Source: Malacoraja senta (Eukaryota). Taken from it: DNA of 64,000 bases. The stretch is from assembly GCA_038087875.1 (NCBI GenBank), contig CM075989.1, positions 10,108,001 to 10,172,000 of the forward strand, read 5' to 3'. Below the pieces are notes generated by a model. The model ran no database searches, was not told the origin of the DNA, and worked only from the letters and a program-made list of their open reading frames with translations. The number at the start of each line of letters is the position of its first letter. Position 1 is the first letter of the stretch. Shown here piece after piece: positions 27,131-36,733 of this stretch. Both the position numbers and the translations under genes were made by a program.

Positions 27131-27846
27131 CACCGTGGCCATTTAAGATTAAGGTAAGGGGGATTTTCTACTCTGAGAATGTCCTGAACCTTTGATGAGG
27201 TGTAGAGATCACATCATGAAGTGTATTCCTCCCATGTAAAACCATATTGGATCATTGTTCAGTCATCACTGGCGACCACAACATCTGGTACAAGGCTCCC
27301 TGAACATGCACCAGAGGAATCTCAGCCCTGAGAGCAGATGCTCTGGTTATTATTGCAACATCGTCACATCCTTACTTAACCCATTTTAAGAATAGTGCAC
27401 ATAGTTGTGGACACTCGCAGATGATTGCATGAGAATAAATAAACAACTTGATCAACTGAATTTACCCGAGATGAACGTATGTATTTATAACTCTCCTTCA
27501 AAGGCAGTCCCCTCAGTACTGAACCTCATTTGTTTCTGCTTCCCTTCATCCCCTCCTGTATCTTCATCTTGCACAATCATTCATTTCATCCCCGCCTCCA
27601 TCTTTTGTTCCTTTACAGACTAGTGCTATTGTCCTCCCTTCCAATGGAAATAAATCCCTCTGATTACTCAGTCCAGCTCTCGATGAAATCACCCTTCAGA
27701 CTGCTTTGTTCCAACAAATGCAACCCAAGACTAAGTAATCTCTCTTCATCACTATTATTCTCCCACCATGGTACCGAACTCGTAAGCCTCCTCTCCACTC
27801 CTTCTCGAGCCATAGCATCCATTCTGTTGCATGGTGACCTGAAAGT

Positions 27847-28316
27847 CATTACAGCACAGGCCACCACCACATTACAGCACAGGCCAACCCCACATTACAG
27901 CACAGGCCACCACCACATTACAGCACAGGCCAACCCCACATTACAGCACAGGCCACCACCACATTACAGCACAGGCCACCACCACATTACAGCACAGGCC
28001 AACCCCACATTACAGCACAGGCCACCACCACATTACAGCACAGGCCACCACCACATTACAGCACAGGCCACCACCACATTATAGCACAGGCCACCACCAC
28101 ATTACAGCACAGGCCAACCCCACATTACAGCACAGGCCACCACCACATTACAGCACAGGCCACCACCACATTACAGCACAGGCCACCACCACATTACAGC
28201 ACAGGCCAACCCCACATTACAGCACAGGCCACCACCACATTACAGCACAGGCCACCACCACATTACAGCACAGGCCACCACCACATTATAGCACAGGCCA
28301 CCACCACATTACAGCA
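27847..28316. repeat. 23-bp minisatellite, 20 full units plus a partial
   Basis: Unit CATTACAGCACAGGCCACCACCA with variants ...CCAACCCCA and CATTATAG...; no spacers. Confidence 0.97.
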
Positions 28317-28469
28317 ATTCATGTCACAGATAGTCGCCCTTGTGGAACTCATAGCTCAAATGATATGGAAATGGAAATGGTTGGGATCTGTGAGTCATCA
28401 AGAAGACTCACAGATGCCTCTACGTCCTGAGACTGAGGAAATTCAGCATGTCTCTTACAAACTTTTCAG

Positions 28470-28828
28470 TGACTCAGCACTTCAACTCCCCATCCCATTC
28501 CGAATCCGACCTTTCTGTCCTGGGCCTCCTCCACGGCCAGAGTGAGCACCACCGGAAATTGGAGGAGCAGCACCTCGTATTCCGCTTGGGCAGTCTGCAC
28601 CCCAGCGGCATGAACATTGACTTCTCCAAATTCCGGTAGCCCTTGCTGTCTCCTCCCCTTCTCAGCTCTCCCTCAGACCTCTGGCTCCTCCTCTTCCTTT
28701 CTTCTTCCCGCCCCCCCACCACACCCTACATCAGTCTGAAGAAGGGTTTCGGCCCGAAACGTTGCCTATTTCCTTCGCTCCATAGATGCTGCTGCACCCG
28801 CTGAGTTTCTCCAGCACTTTTGTCTACC
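28470..28828 (+). mobile_element. Penelope-like element 3' fragment (GIY-YIG endonuclease C-terminus plus UTR with hammerhead motif)
   Basis: Translation QHFNSPSHSESDLSVLGLLH...RKLEEQHLVFRLGSLHPSGMNIDF, then a pyrimidine-rich UTR and CTGAAGAAGGG...CCCGAAACGT. Confidence 0.85.
28736..28763 (+). ncRNA. Minimal type I hammerhead ribozyme motif (PLE-associated)
   Basis: CUGAAGA-A-[GGGU UUCG GCCC]-GAAA-CGUU: conserved core boxes, stem II and a palindromic ACGU stem III. Confidence 0.7.
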
Positions 28829-29390
28829 ATAGAAAGCATACTGTTGGGTTGTACCACAGCTTGGTTGGGAACAACTCTGCCCAAGAGAGCAAGAAATTGC
28901 AGAGAGTTATGGATGTAGCCCAGTCCATCACGCAGACCAACTCCCCACCATTGTCTCCACCTAGACTTCACGCTGCCTCAGCAATGCAGCCAGCACAATC
29001 AAAGACGTTCCACCCTGGTCGTTCCTTCTTCTTCCTGCTCTCTTCCAGCGGGCAGCTTGAAAGTGAAGCTTGAAAGTGCACACCACCAGACTCAGGAACA
29101 ACTTCTTTCTCTCCGTTATTAGATTTCGGAACAGTCCTTCCATAAGCTAGCATATGGTACGATTCACCTCGACCCCATTGAGGACATTGAACTTTGTCTA
29201 TGAAACTGATGCACTACAATGCTGAGAACTATATTCTGCATTCTGTATCTTCCCCTGAGCTGTATCTATTAGACTGGAGTTTGACTTGATTGTATTTATG
29301 TACGGTATATCTGATTTGTTTGGATACCATGTGAAACAAGCTTTTCACAGTACCTTGGGACACATGACAACAATAAACCTAAACCTAAAT
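28829..29390 (+). mobile_element. Rex1/Babar-type LINE 3' fragment
   Basis: NNSAQESKKLQRVMDVAQSIT, TTRLRNNF, and (TAAACC)n tail. Confidence 0.75.
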
Positions 29391-29584
29391 GACCACAAAT
29401 TCACTCTTACAGAATGTGCGTGTCAATTTTTATTTTATTTTCAGTTCGCATTTCTTGGCGGGTGGCAGATGACGTGACTTTGCATTACAGAACATAATGA
29501 TGGAGCTGGTTTTCTGGGAATTACACCTGCCGTTCGGTTAGGGTATCCTCTACACCACCCAGTGTTTTATGCAGTTTGAATATG

Positions 29585-29648
29585 ATTTTACTTCGGAGTC
29601 ACGTGAGTGACTACGTGAAGATGAGCCCGTCCAGCCGCACACGCGTCA
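29585..29648 (+). repeat. DIRS left terminal repeat
   Basis: ATTTTACTTCGGAGTCACGTGAGTGACTACGTGAAGAT is the exact reverse complement of 34375-34412. TACGTGAAGATGAGCCCGTCCAGCCGCACACGCGTCA matches the reverse complement of 34603-34639 with a few differences. Confidence 0.92.
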
Positions 29649-29735
29649 TATCGTCAGACGCATAGCGTTCGTGACCGTGTGTGGAGGAGCAGGAGCTCCT
29701 CCAAGCGGTGAGTAAAGCAAAAAGTCGGAAGGTAA

Positions 29736-31380
29736 GTGCTTTCACTTTCACTTCCAGGAGCGCTTTTTCTCGTCAGACTTGTTGGTGGAGCTCCACGCAA
29801 GTTTATCACGGAGAAAGGGCGTAGGGGAAGGAGACGCACCGCAGGTAAAACCCAAGTTCCTGAGGGTAGCGGGCATCAGTTAGAGGAGTCAGTGGCAGCG
29901 AGGCCATTAACTTCCATTGCGGTCAAAAGTGCCGTTATACCGCCGGTGGGGCGCAAGGCAGGACAAAAGTCCGTACGACCAGTAGACTCCGATGAGTCAG
30001 ACCTGGAGGAATACCCTCCTCAGGCAGGAAATGTTATGGCTGCCAGGGTCGCAAGTTTGGAACTCCTTATGGGGAAAATGATTTATAAAGAACCCCCACA
30101 GGAGGAATTCAGTCTGTGTTGGCCTATCGAAGATACAGCACAGGGGGTGCCTTGGATGGGACAGGCACAAGGGTGGCCTACAGGAGAGCCATCAGGAATG
30201 CCTGTGCAGAAACAATACAGTGGTTGGCCTACAGGAGAGCCAGTGCCCGAAATGCCAGCAAAAAGGCAGTATATGTGTTGGCCTACCGGAGAGCCAGTAC
30301 TAGAAATGCCTGAACAAAGGCAGTACAAACGTTGGTTGAGAGATGTGCCAGCACCGACAATGGCTAAAGAAAAACAAATGAAGCGTTGGCCTAGAATTGA
30401 GCCAGCGCCAGCAGCACCTGACACAGGGCTGCCTATCCGTGGGCCTACAGGAGAGCCCGCGCAGGGGGAATCTGGCAGAGACCTTACTATGCAACGGCCA
30501 ATTGAAGGGCCAGGGCTAGACTTACCTGAAACAGGGGAGCCAGAAATTTCCCATCAAGAAGAGGAACATCTAGACTCAGATGATGATTTGTATGAGGACC
30601 AGAGCCCATTATCAGAGCCCATTATCAGAGCTCAAAGTTCCAGGGCTGGCACAAACGTTTGCTGTTCCCAGAGTAACAGGGGAACCTTTGAGAGAGGAAA
30701 TAGCAATGACTATAAATTATCTGCTCTCCCATCAGCTCCAGGAATTAACTATGGATGAGACTGTTAAAAAATATGAGACCCCGGCAAATTGTGAACTGCT
30801 AGCAGTCCCAGCGGTGAATAACTTGATATGGGGTTATTTGAGCATTGGATTACGCTCACAAGAATTGAAATTACAACGAGTGCTGAGATTGCTGGGGTCA
30901 GGCATTACGGCATTCGCCAGGGGGTTGGATGAAGATTTTATATCTGATTCACAACAAGATGCCTTAGCACTCATGTGTAGTGCGCACTTTGAAATAAACT
31001 GTATTCGTAAAAGTGCAATAAGACCGAATATTCATCCTGAGTGTGCAGGGCTCTGTAAACCATCCAATATACAAATGCCTAATCTGCTTTTTGGAGAAAA
31101 TCTAGCAAAGAAGCTAAAATACCTAAATGAAGAGTCAAAAACCATGAGTGGTATGATGATGAAACCACCTGTGCTGAGCAGAGCGGTGCGAAGGCAGTAT
31201 CCCTACAGACGGAATGCTGGTGCTGGAGAAGGAACAAGCCGATCGTTCTCAAATACACGTTGGCGTGCTGCACCGGGGATGCATGGAGGTTACAATGTGC
31301 CTACTACAAGGGGACAACATTTGCCGATGGCAAACCCCGAGGTAGAGGGGTCTGGTCTGGTAAGAAACACAACAAATGTT
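29736..31380 (+). pseudogene. DIRS gag-like ORF1, split by a frameshift (ORFs 29736-30758 and 30580-31488)
   Basis: Position upstream of pol. Low-complexity N-terminus followed by a helical segment (PANCELLAVPAVNNLIW...ELKLQRV). A 13-bp tandem duplication at 30600-30625 explains the frame change. The true start codon is uncertain. Confidence 0.75.
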
Positions 31381-31389
31381 TTACACTCA

Positions 31390-32430
31390 CAAGTAGGGGG
31401 AAGATTACGATTCTTCCTAAAAGAATGGCAATTAATAACAAATGATTTGTTTATACTGTGCAGCATTGTAGATAGAACTCAATTTTAAATCCCACATTTG
31501 GATCCTCCTACTCAGCATATTTCAAAACGGTCACGTATTTTCTCAAAGGAAGAGAATATGCAGATCGAGGGAGAATTGAACATTTCATGCAACAAAGGGG
31601 TAATAGAAAAGTCAGTAGAACAACACCATCAGTTTGTGTCAAGTATTTTTCCTAGAACAAAGAAGGATGGTGGATGTAGAATTATTCTGGATCTGACAAG
31701 TCTTAACCTTTTTGTACAATATAAACATTTCAAAATGGAAACATTTACTAATGCCATTCAGCTGGTCACAAGAAATTGCTACATGGCAAGCATAGCTCTG
31801 CAAGATGCATATTATTCTGTGGCAATGCATGGTAATGATCAAAGATATTTAAAATTTAGATGGATGAGTCAGTTATGGCAATTTAAAGCATTGCCCAATG
31901 GTCTGACCAGCACCAAGGTTATTTACAAAATTACTCAAACCAATTTTCGCTCTGCTAAGAGCTGAGGGCCATGTTTTAATGGCTTATTTGGATAATATTC
32001 TGATTGTGGGGAACACTTTGGCTACCGCAAAGTTGTCAGTATCAAGAGTCAAGTACATTTTTGAAAATGTACCCACAAAAATCGAAATTATTACCAAGCA
32101 ATAAGATTGATTACCTAGGGTTCACAATTAACTCAGAACACATGGTAATCACCTTGCCAAAAGACAAAAGGCTGCAGTTAATTGAAGGTTGCACTAAACT
32201 CATAAACGAGTACAAACCTTCAATTAGAGAAGTGGCAAGCTTGCTGGGCAAATTAATTGCTGCTTTTCCAGCTGTAAGAATTGGACCATTGCATTATCAG
32301 CATTTGCAGAGGGCTAAGGTACAAGCATTAAAGATGAATGCAGGGCATTTTGACAGGCCCATGCAATTGACAATTGAACCCATTACAGAAATAGAATGGT
32401 GGATTAACAATGTCTCTAATGCTTCCAGAA
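31390..32430 (+). pseudogene. DIRS reverse transcriptase, disrupted
   Basis: VGGRLRFF..W start, KKDGGCRIILDLTSLN, HFKMET, SIALQDAY, FKALPNGL, AYLDNILI (31982 onward, shifted frame), KIDYLGFTI. In-frame TAA at 31486-31488 and frameshifts near 31908 and 32065. Confidence 0.92.
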
Positions 32431-32449
32431 AAGTGTTGGTAGAAACACC

Positions 32450-32810
32450 TTCCGTTATTCTACAGACAGATGTAAGTGTTCTAGGATGGGGCACAACTAA
32501 CATTGTTTCCAGCTGTGGAGGTAGGTGGAATGTGGATGAAGTACCTTTGCTTGAAAATCAAGGTATAAATTACCTAGAGCTGTTAGGAGCATTTTATGGG
32601 CTTATATGGGAAATGTGCATGTTCAGGTACAGGTTGACAATACTACAGCTGTAGCATATATAAATCACATGGGTGGTATCAAGTCAGAATCATGTGATAG
32701 ATTGGCAAATGAAATTTGGACCTGGTGTATTGCCAGGAAAATTTGGCTGTCAGCAATATATTTACCAGGTAAATTTAACATAATTGCAGACAAAAGGTCA
32801 CGTAAATTTA
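32450..32810 (+). pseudogene. DIRS RNase H domain, frameshifted near 32600
   Basis: LQTDVSVLGWG, INYLELLGA, VDNTTAVAYINHMGG and YLPGKFNIIADKRSR motifs split over ORFs 32004-32654 and 32606-33238. Confidence 0.9.
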
Positions 32811-33238
32811 ATGATAATACAGAATGGATGTTGCATCATGAAATATTTAAGCAAATTGTAGCACAATTTGGAATGCCAGAGATTGATTTGTTTGCATCAA
32901 GACTTAACCACCAATTGCCTAAGTATGTGTCATGGGAACCTGATCCTGGTGCAGTAGCGGTGGATGCTTTCTCGCTACATTGGGGTGATATGTTTCTGTA
33001 TGCATTTCCTCCATTTTGTTTAATCAATCGATGCATACAGAAAATTAAACAGGACTCGGCCTCGGGGATTTTGGTGGTGCCAGATTGGTCTACACAGCTA
33101 TGGTACCCATTGGTGTTAAACATGATCAAAATACTCCTTATGGTTATTCCAAAGCAGGTAAAACTGCTTGTAAACCCTGTAACTGATGAACCACATCCTT
33201 TACATGATCGTATTGGTTTGTTGATTTGCAGATTCTGA
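32811..33238 (+). CDS. DNA N6-adenine methyltransferase-like domain at the DIRS pol C-terminus
   Basis: IDLFASRLN, DAFSLHW, YAFPPF and ILVVPDW motifs characteristic of the DIRS MT domain. Open throughout, but part of a disrupted pol. Confidence 0.8.
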
Positions 33239-34221
33239 AAAGGCCATATCTTGGAAGAGGATTATCAGATCGTACGGTGGATGTTATGGCAGCAGCCTGG
33301 AGGAATAGTACCCAGAAGCAGTACATTTCTTATATAAAGAAATGGGAGGTGTTCTGTTCAGAAAAGAATATTGCATATAACACAACAGAAATTTCAGATG
33401 TGTTAGAGTTTCTTTCAACTCTTTACTTCGAATTAAAATTAAGTTATAGTGCAATCAATACTGCACGAAGTGTACTCTCTGCATATTTAAGCAGTGAATC
33501 AGAACAAAATCCAATAGGATCACATCCTTGGGTCTGTAGGTTTATGAAGGGAATTTTCAACTCCAATCCTCCTAGACCTAGGTATACAGAAATCTGGAAT
33601 GTAAAAGATGTACTGATGCCGCTGTGTGAATGGAATCCTATTGAAACTCTGTCATTGGCCAAAATTACCATGAAGTTAGTTATGCTCATGGTGTTAGTTT
33701 CAGCTCAGAGAGTTCAAACATTACAGAAATTAAGAATAGACACAATGAAAGTAGGGGCAGATGCCGTTACATTCTATGTCTATGATTTACTGAAACAAAG
33801 TAGACCTGGGTTAACGGGATGTAAGTTGGGGTTTTCAGCATATCCTACGGATCCACGGCTATGTGTAGTAACATATATAAGATGTTACATGGAAACAACC
33901 GGAATCTTAAGAGGCACAGAATTAGCATTTTTTATTAGTCATAAAAGTCCTCATAAGAAAGTGTCAACACAGACAATTTCAAGATGGTTGAAACAGGTGT
34001 TGATTTATTCAGGTATTGATACTGATAAATTTAAATCTCATTCCACCAGGGCAGCATCAACATCGGCGGCCAGTGATTCAGACGTTCCAATATACCTTAT
34101 CCTCGCGGCCGCAGGATGGGCAAGTGAACAGATGTTTCACAAGTATTACCATAAGGAGATTAAAGATCCTGGGGTGTTTGGTGATGCCGTGCTGGATTCA
34201 GTATTAAATCCCCCATTATGA
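33226..34221 (+). CDS. Tyrosine recombinase (phage-integrase fold) of the DIRS element
   Basis: 331-aa uninterrupted ORF. N-terminal binding domain (STQKQY..W, LSYSAINTARS) and catalytic R (SAQRVQTL), K (LLKQSR), HSTR, W (AAGW), Y (FHKYY). Confidence 0.93.
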   Translation: MQILKRPYLGRGLSDRTVDVMAAAWRNSTQKQYISYIKKWEVFCSEKNIAYNTTEISDVLEFLSTLYFELKLSYSAINTARSVLSAYLSSESEQNPIGSHPWVCRFMKGIFNSNPPRPRYTEIWNVKDVLMPLCEWNPIETLSLAKITMKLVMLMVLVSAQRVQTLQKLRIDTMKVGADAVTFYVYDLLKQSRPGLTGCKLGFSAYPTDPRLCVVTYIRCYMETTGILRGTELAFFISHKSPHKKVSTQTISRWLKQVLIYSGIDTDKFKSHSTRAASTSAASDSDVPIYLILAAAGWASEQMFHKYYHKEIKDPGVFGDAVLDSVLNPPL

Positions 34222-34374
34222 TAAATGGGTTACTATTGTTATAATAAATAAAACCATTAACTGATTACATTTAATGTTGTGGTTATGCATTGTTGATTGT
34301 GCTTACTCAATAGAGTCAATCAGTGCAGTGAGCACCTGGATTTAATCCACAGTGTGAAATCATAGAGCTTTGAA

Positions 34375-34488
34375 ATCTTCACGTAGTCACTCACGTGACT
34401 CCGAAGTAAAATAGTAAGATTAAACGAGAACTTACCAATTTGAAGTTTGATCTTTATTTTATGAGGAGTTACGTTGAGGGATTACGTG
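34375..34488. repeat. DIRS internal complementary region (ICR)
   Basis: First 38 bp complementary to the element's 5' end. The next 76 bp are complementary to 34634-34709 (4 mismatches by my count). Confidence 0.92.
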
Positions 34489-34602
34489 CCCACCGCTCCC
34501 ACCCTCATAAAAGGATCGAGCTGGTAGTTCTAGTCTTTATGCATCTTACTGTCATACTTCAGTAATTGTCGTCTGTGATTTTCACTCCGCTGCTTTGAAG
34601 AT

Positions 34603-34710
34603 TGACGCGTGTGCGGCTGGACGGGCGCTTCTTCACGTAATCCCTCAACATAACTCCTCATAAAGTAAAGATCAAACTTCAAACTGGTAAGTTCTCGTTT
34701 AATCTTATTA
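34603..34710. repeat. DIRS right terminal repeat with 3' extension
   Basis: Inverted copy of the left-terminus segment followed by an extension complementary to the ICR. Confidence 0.9.
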
Positions 34711-36503
34711 CTACCCCTCTCCTGCGATCTGTGTTTTGGCCAATATCCTGTTGGCCCCCTAAACCACTTTATTTACATGTCCAGCCACGTTTAGGAATCT
34801 GTGGCCATACACTTCAAGGTCCCCCTTTCCTTTATATTTCTTAGTGTCCAGTCATTGATCCTTCCGTTCCCATTGCCACTGTGCTCCCCAAGTGCTTCGT
34901 GCACATTCAACGAGTGCTGATTGAACTCTTGAAAACCTCTCACCTATAGTAGTTGGGTGGTGGGATTAGCATAAATTCTCTATTTTTAGCTGGCATGGAT
35001 ACAGGAGTTCGAGGGCAATTAAGGAAGGGCAAAGAACACAGATCATGCTGGCAATGTTCACATTCGATAAACAATTAAAGAAAATGAGCCCACGTCACTG
35101 TTCTGAGGAAGAATTAGTCACCCTCATGTCTTATTTATTTCATAACCAACATCGCAACGTAATGCTGGTTATCACAAAGTTTAAGAAACAATTAAGACAA
35201 ATACATGAATAGGACAAGTTTAGGGGGATATGGGCCAAATGCAGGCAGATGGGACTGGTGTAGATGGGACATGTTGGTCGGCGTGGGGCAAGTTGGGCCG
35301 AAGGGCCTGTTTCCAGGCTGTGTGATTCTATGACTCAATGACTCAATGACTCTCAACCACTTTAATAAAAAATGTTGCTCTGTGTGCAAATTAGCTGCTC
35401 AGCTTTTGTTGATTATGATGAATGCATTTCAAATGCATGTTTTGTTGGTTGTAAAGTTTCTTGACTGTCCCAAGGTTCTTACCATTGCTTTACATGCTTA
35501 AAAATGATTCAGGCAAGATTATCTCAGAAGCACCAGTCTGTGTCTAGTGCCAGTACGTTACAGCAGGGTTACTGGGCCAGAAGCCAATTTAGACATAATC
35601 CATTCCTTTTGTTGCCATGAACTGGGTCAAAAGATTCTGTAGTAATTTGGTGAGTCAGTGAGATTGGTGACTTCCTCTTGTACCCCCGAGAGACTCCCCC
35701 ATCAACATATCACTAAGAGTTTTTCTCAGGACTGAATCATCAGTAACTATGAGATATCATCACATATTCATATAACAGAGGGTGGCCATTCAGCCCATCA
35801 AGCCCAGGCAGTTCTCTACAAATCAATCAATTCTGTCCCAATTGGCATGTTTCTACCTTTGGGCAGTAACCACTGTACCTAGAGCGGTATTTTATTAGTC
35901 CTGATCTTTTCTCACCTCCAGCTCTTCTCTGCCCCCCCCTCCCCCCACCCTTCTCCACCACCTACTTTCAGTCCGAAGGAGGGTTCAGACCCAAAACCTC
36001 ACACATCCTTTTTCTATGGAGATGCTGCCGGACCCGCTGAGTTCCTCTAGGAGTTAGTGTCTATCTTTGGTATAAACCAGCTTCTGCAGTTCCTTATTTC
36101 TACAAGGGATTTTAGAAGTTTGTATCTGTCTTTTGTCTAATCACGTTAAACTCCTATCCCTGATCCGCTGATGGGAGCAGCTTCCCGCTATTTACTCTCT
36201 CTTAACCCCTGTACACAGTCATCAAACCTCCTTTCAACCATCTTTACTCCAAGGACAACAGCCTCAGGCCCTCTGGTCTAACCTTGCCCTTGAATTCAAT
36301 ATTGGAAGTGGTGCTCAAAGCACACACAGAATTTTTCCCTTTCAATGCCTCTGCACAGAATGTTCTAACCCAGGCGTAAACTGGTTCATATTAAGGTTGT
36401 GGGTACTTATAAACCACGGTGAAATCCTTGAATTACTTTGATTGTGTGAAAAATTGACATCAAAATGTCAGTCTAACACTCCGCCTGCTTTCGCTGAATC
36501 TTA

Positions 36504-36733
36504 AGATGTTTAAGAAAGAACTGCAGATACTGGAAAAATTGAATGTGGACAAAAAATGCTGGAGAATCTCAGCGGGTGAGGCAGCATCTATGGAGAGAAG
36601 GAAATGCCGACGTTTCGGGTCGAGACCCATCTTCAGACTGAGAAAGGGTCTCGACCCGAAACGTCGCCAATTCATTCTCTCCATAGATGCTGCCTCACCC
36701 GCTGAGTTTCTCCAGCATTTTTTGTCTATCTCT
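36504..36733. mobile_element. Palindromic (head-to-head) Penelope-derived insertion
   Basis: Inverted arms spanning 36548-36726. Flanking direct repeat GCTGAATCTTA (36493) / GCTGAATTTTA (36734). Confidence 0.8.
36609..36636 (-). ncRNA. Minimal type I hammerhead ribozyme motif (PLE-associated)
   Basis: Minus strand CUGAAGA-U-[GGGUC UC GACCC]-GAAA-CGUC with a GUC cleavage triplet. Confidence 0.7.

Larger units (their letters stand above)
29585..34710 (+). mobile_element. Full-length DIRS-type (tyrosine recombinase) retrotransposon, disabled copy
   Basis: Order gag - RT - RNase H - methyltransferase-like - tyrosine recombinase. 29612-29648 is inverted at 34603-34639. Internal region 34375-34488 is complementary to both the left end (29585-29622) and right end (34634-34709). 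No obvious TSD. Confidence 0.95.

Noticed and set aside
27847..28316. CRISPR-like array, and the His/Thr-rich ORF 27530-28084
   Set aside because: Units are contiguous with no unique spacers and no cas genes. The ORF is a by-product of a 23-bp repeat cycling through frames.
31390..33238. Retron, DGR or other prokaryotic RT-plus-methylase defence system
   Set aside because: The RT, RNase H and MT motifs and the terminal structure are those of DIRS retrotransposons.
33226..34221. Phage integrase indicating a prophage or bacterial contamination
   Set aside because: It lies in a DIRS cassette with RT/RNase H and ITR/ICR, embedded among vertebrate repeats.
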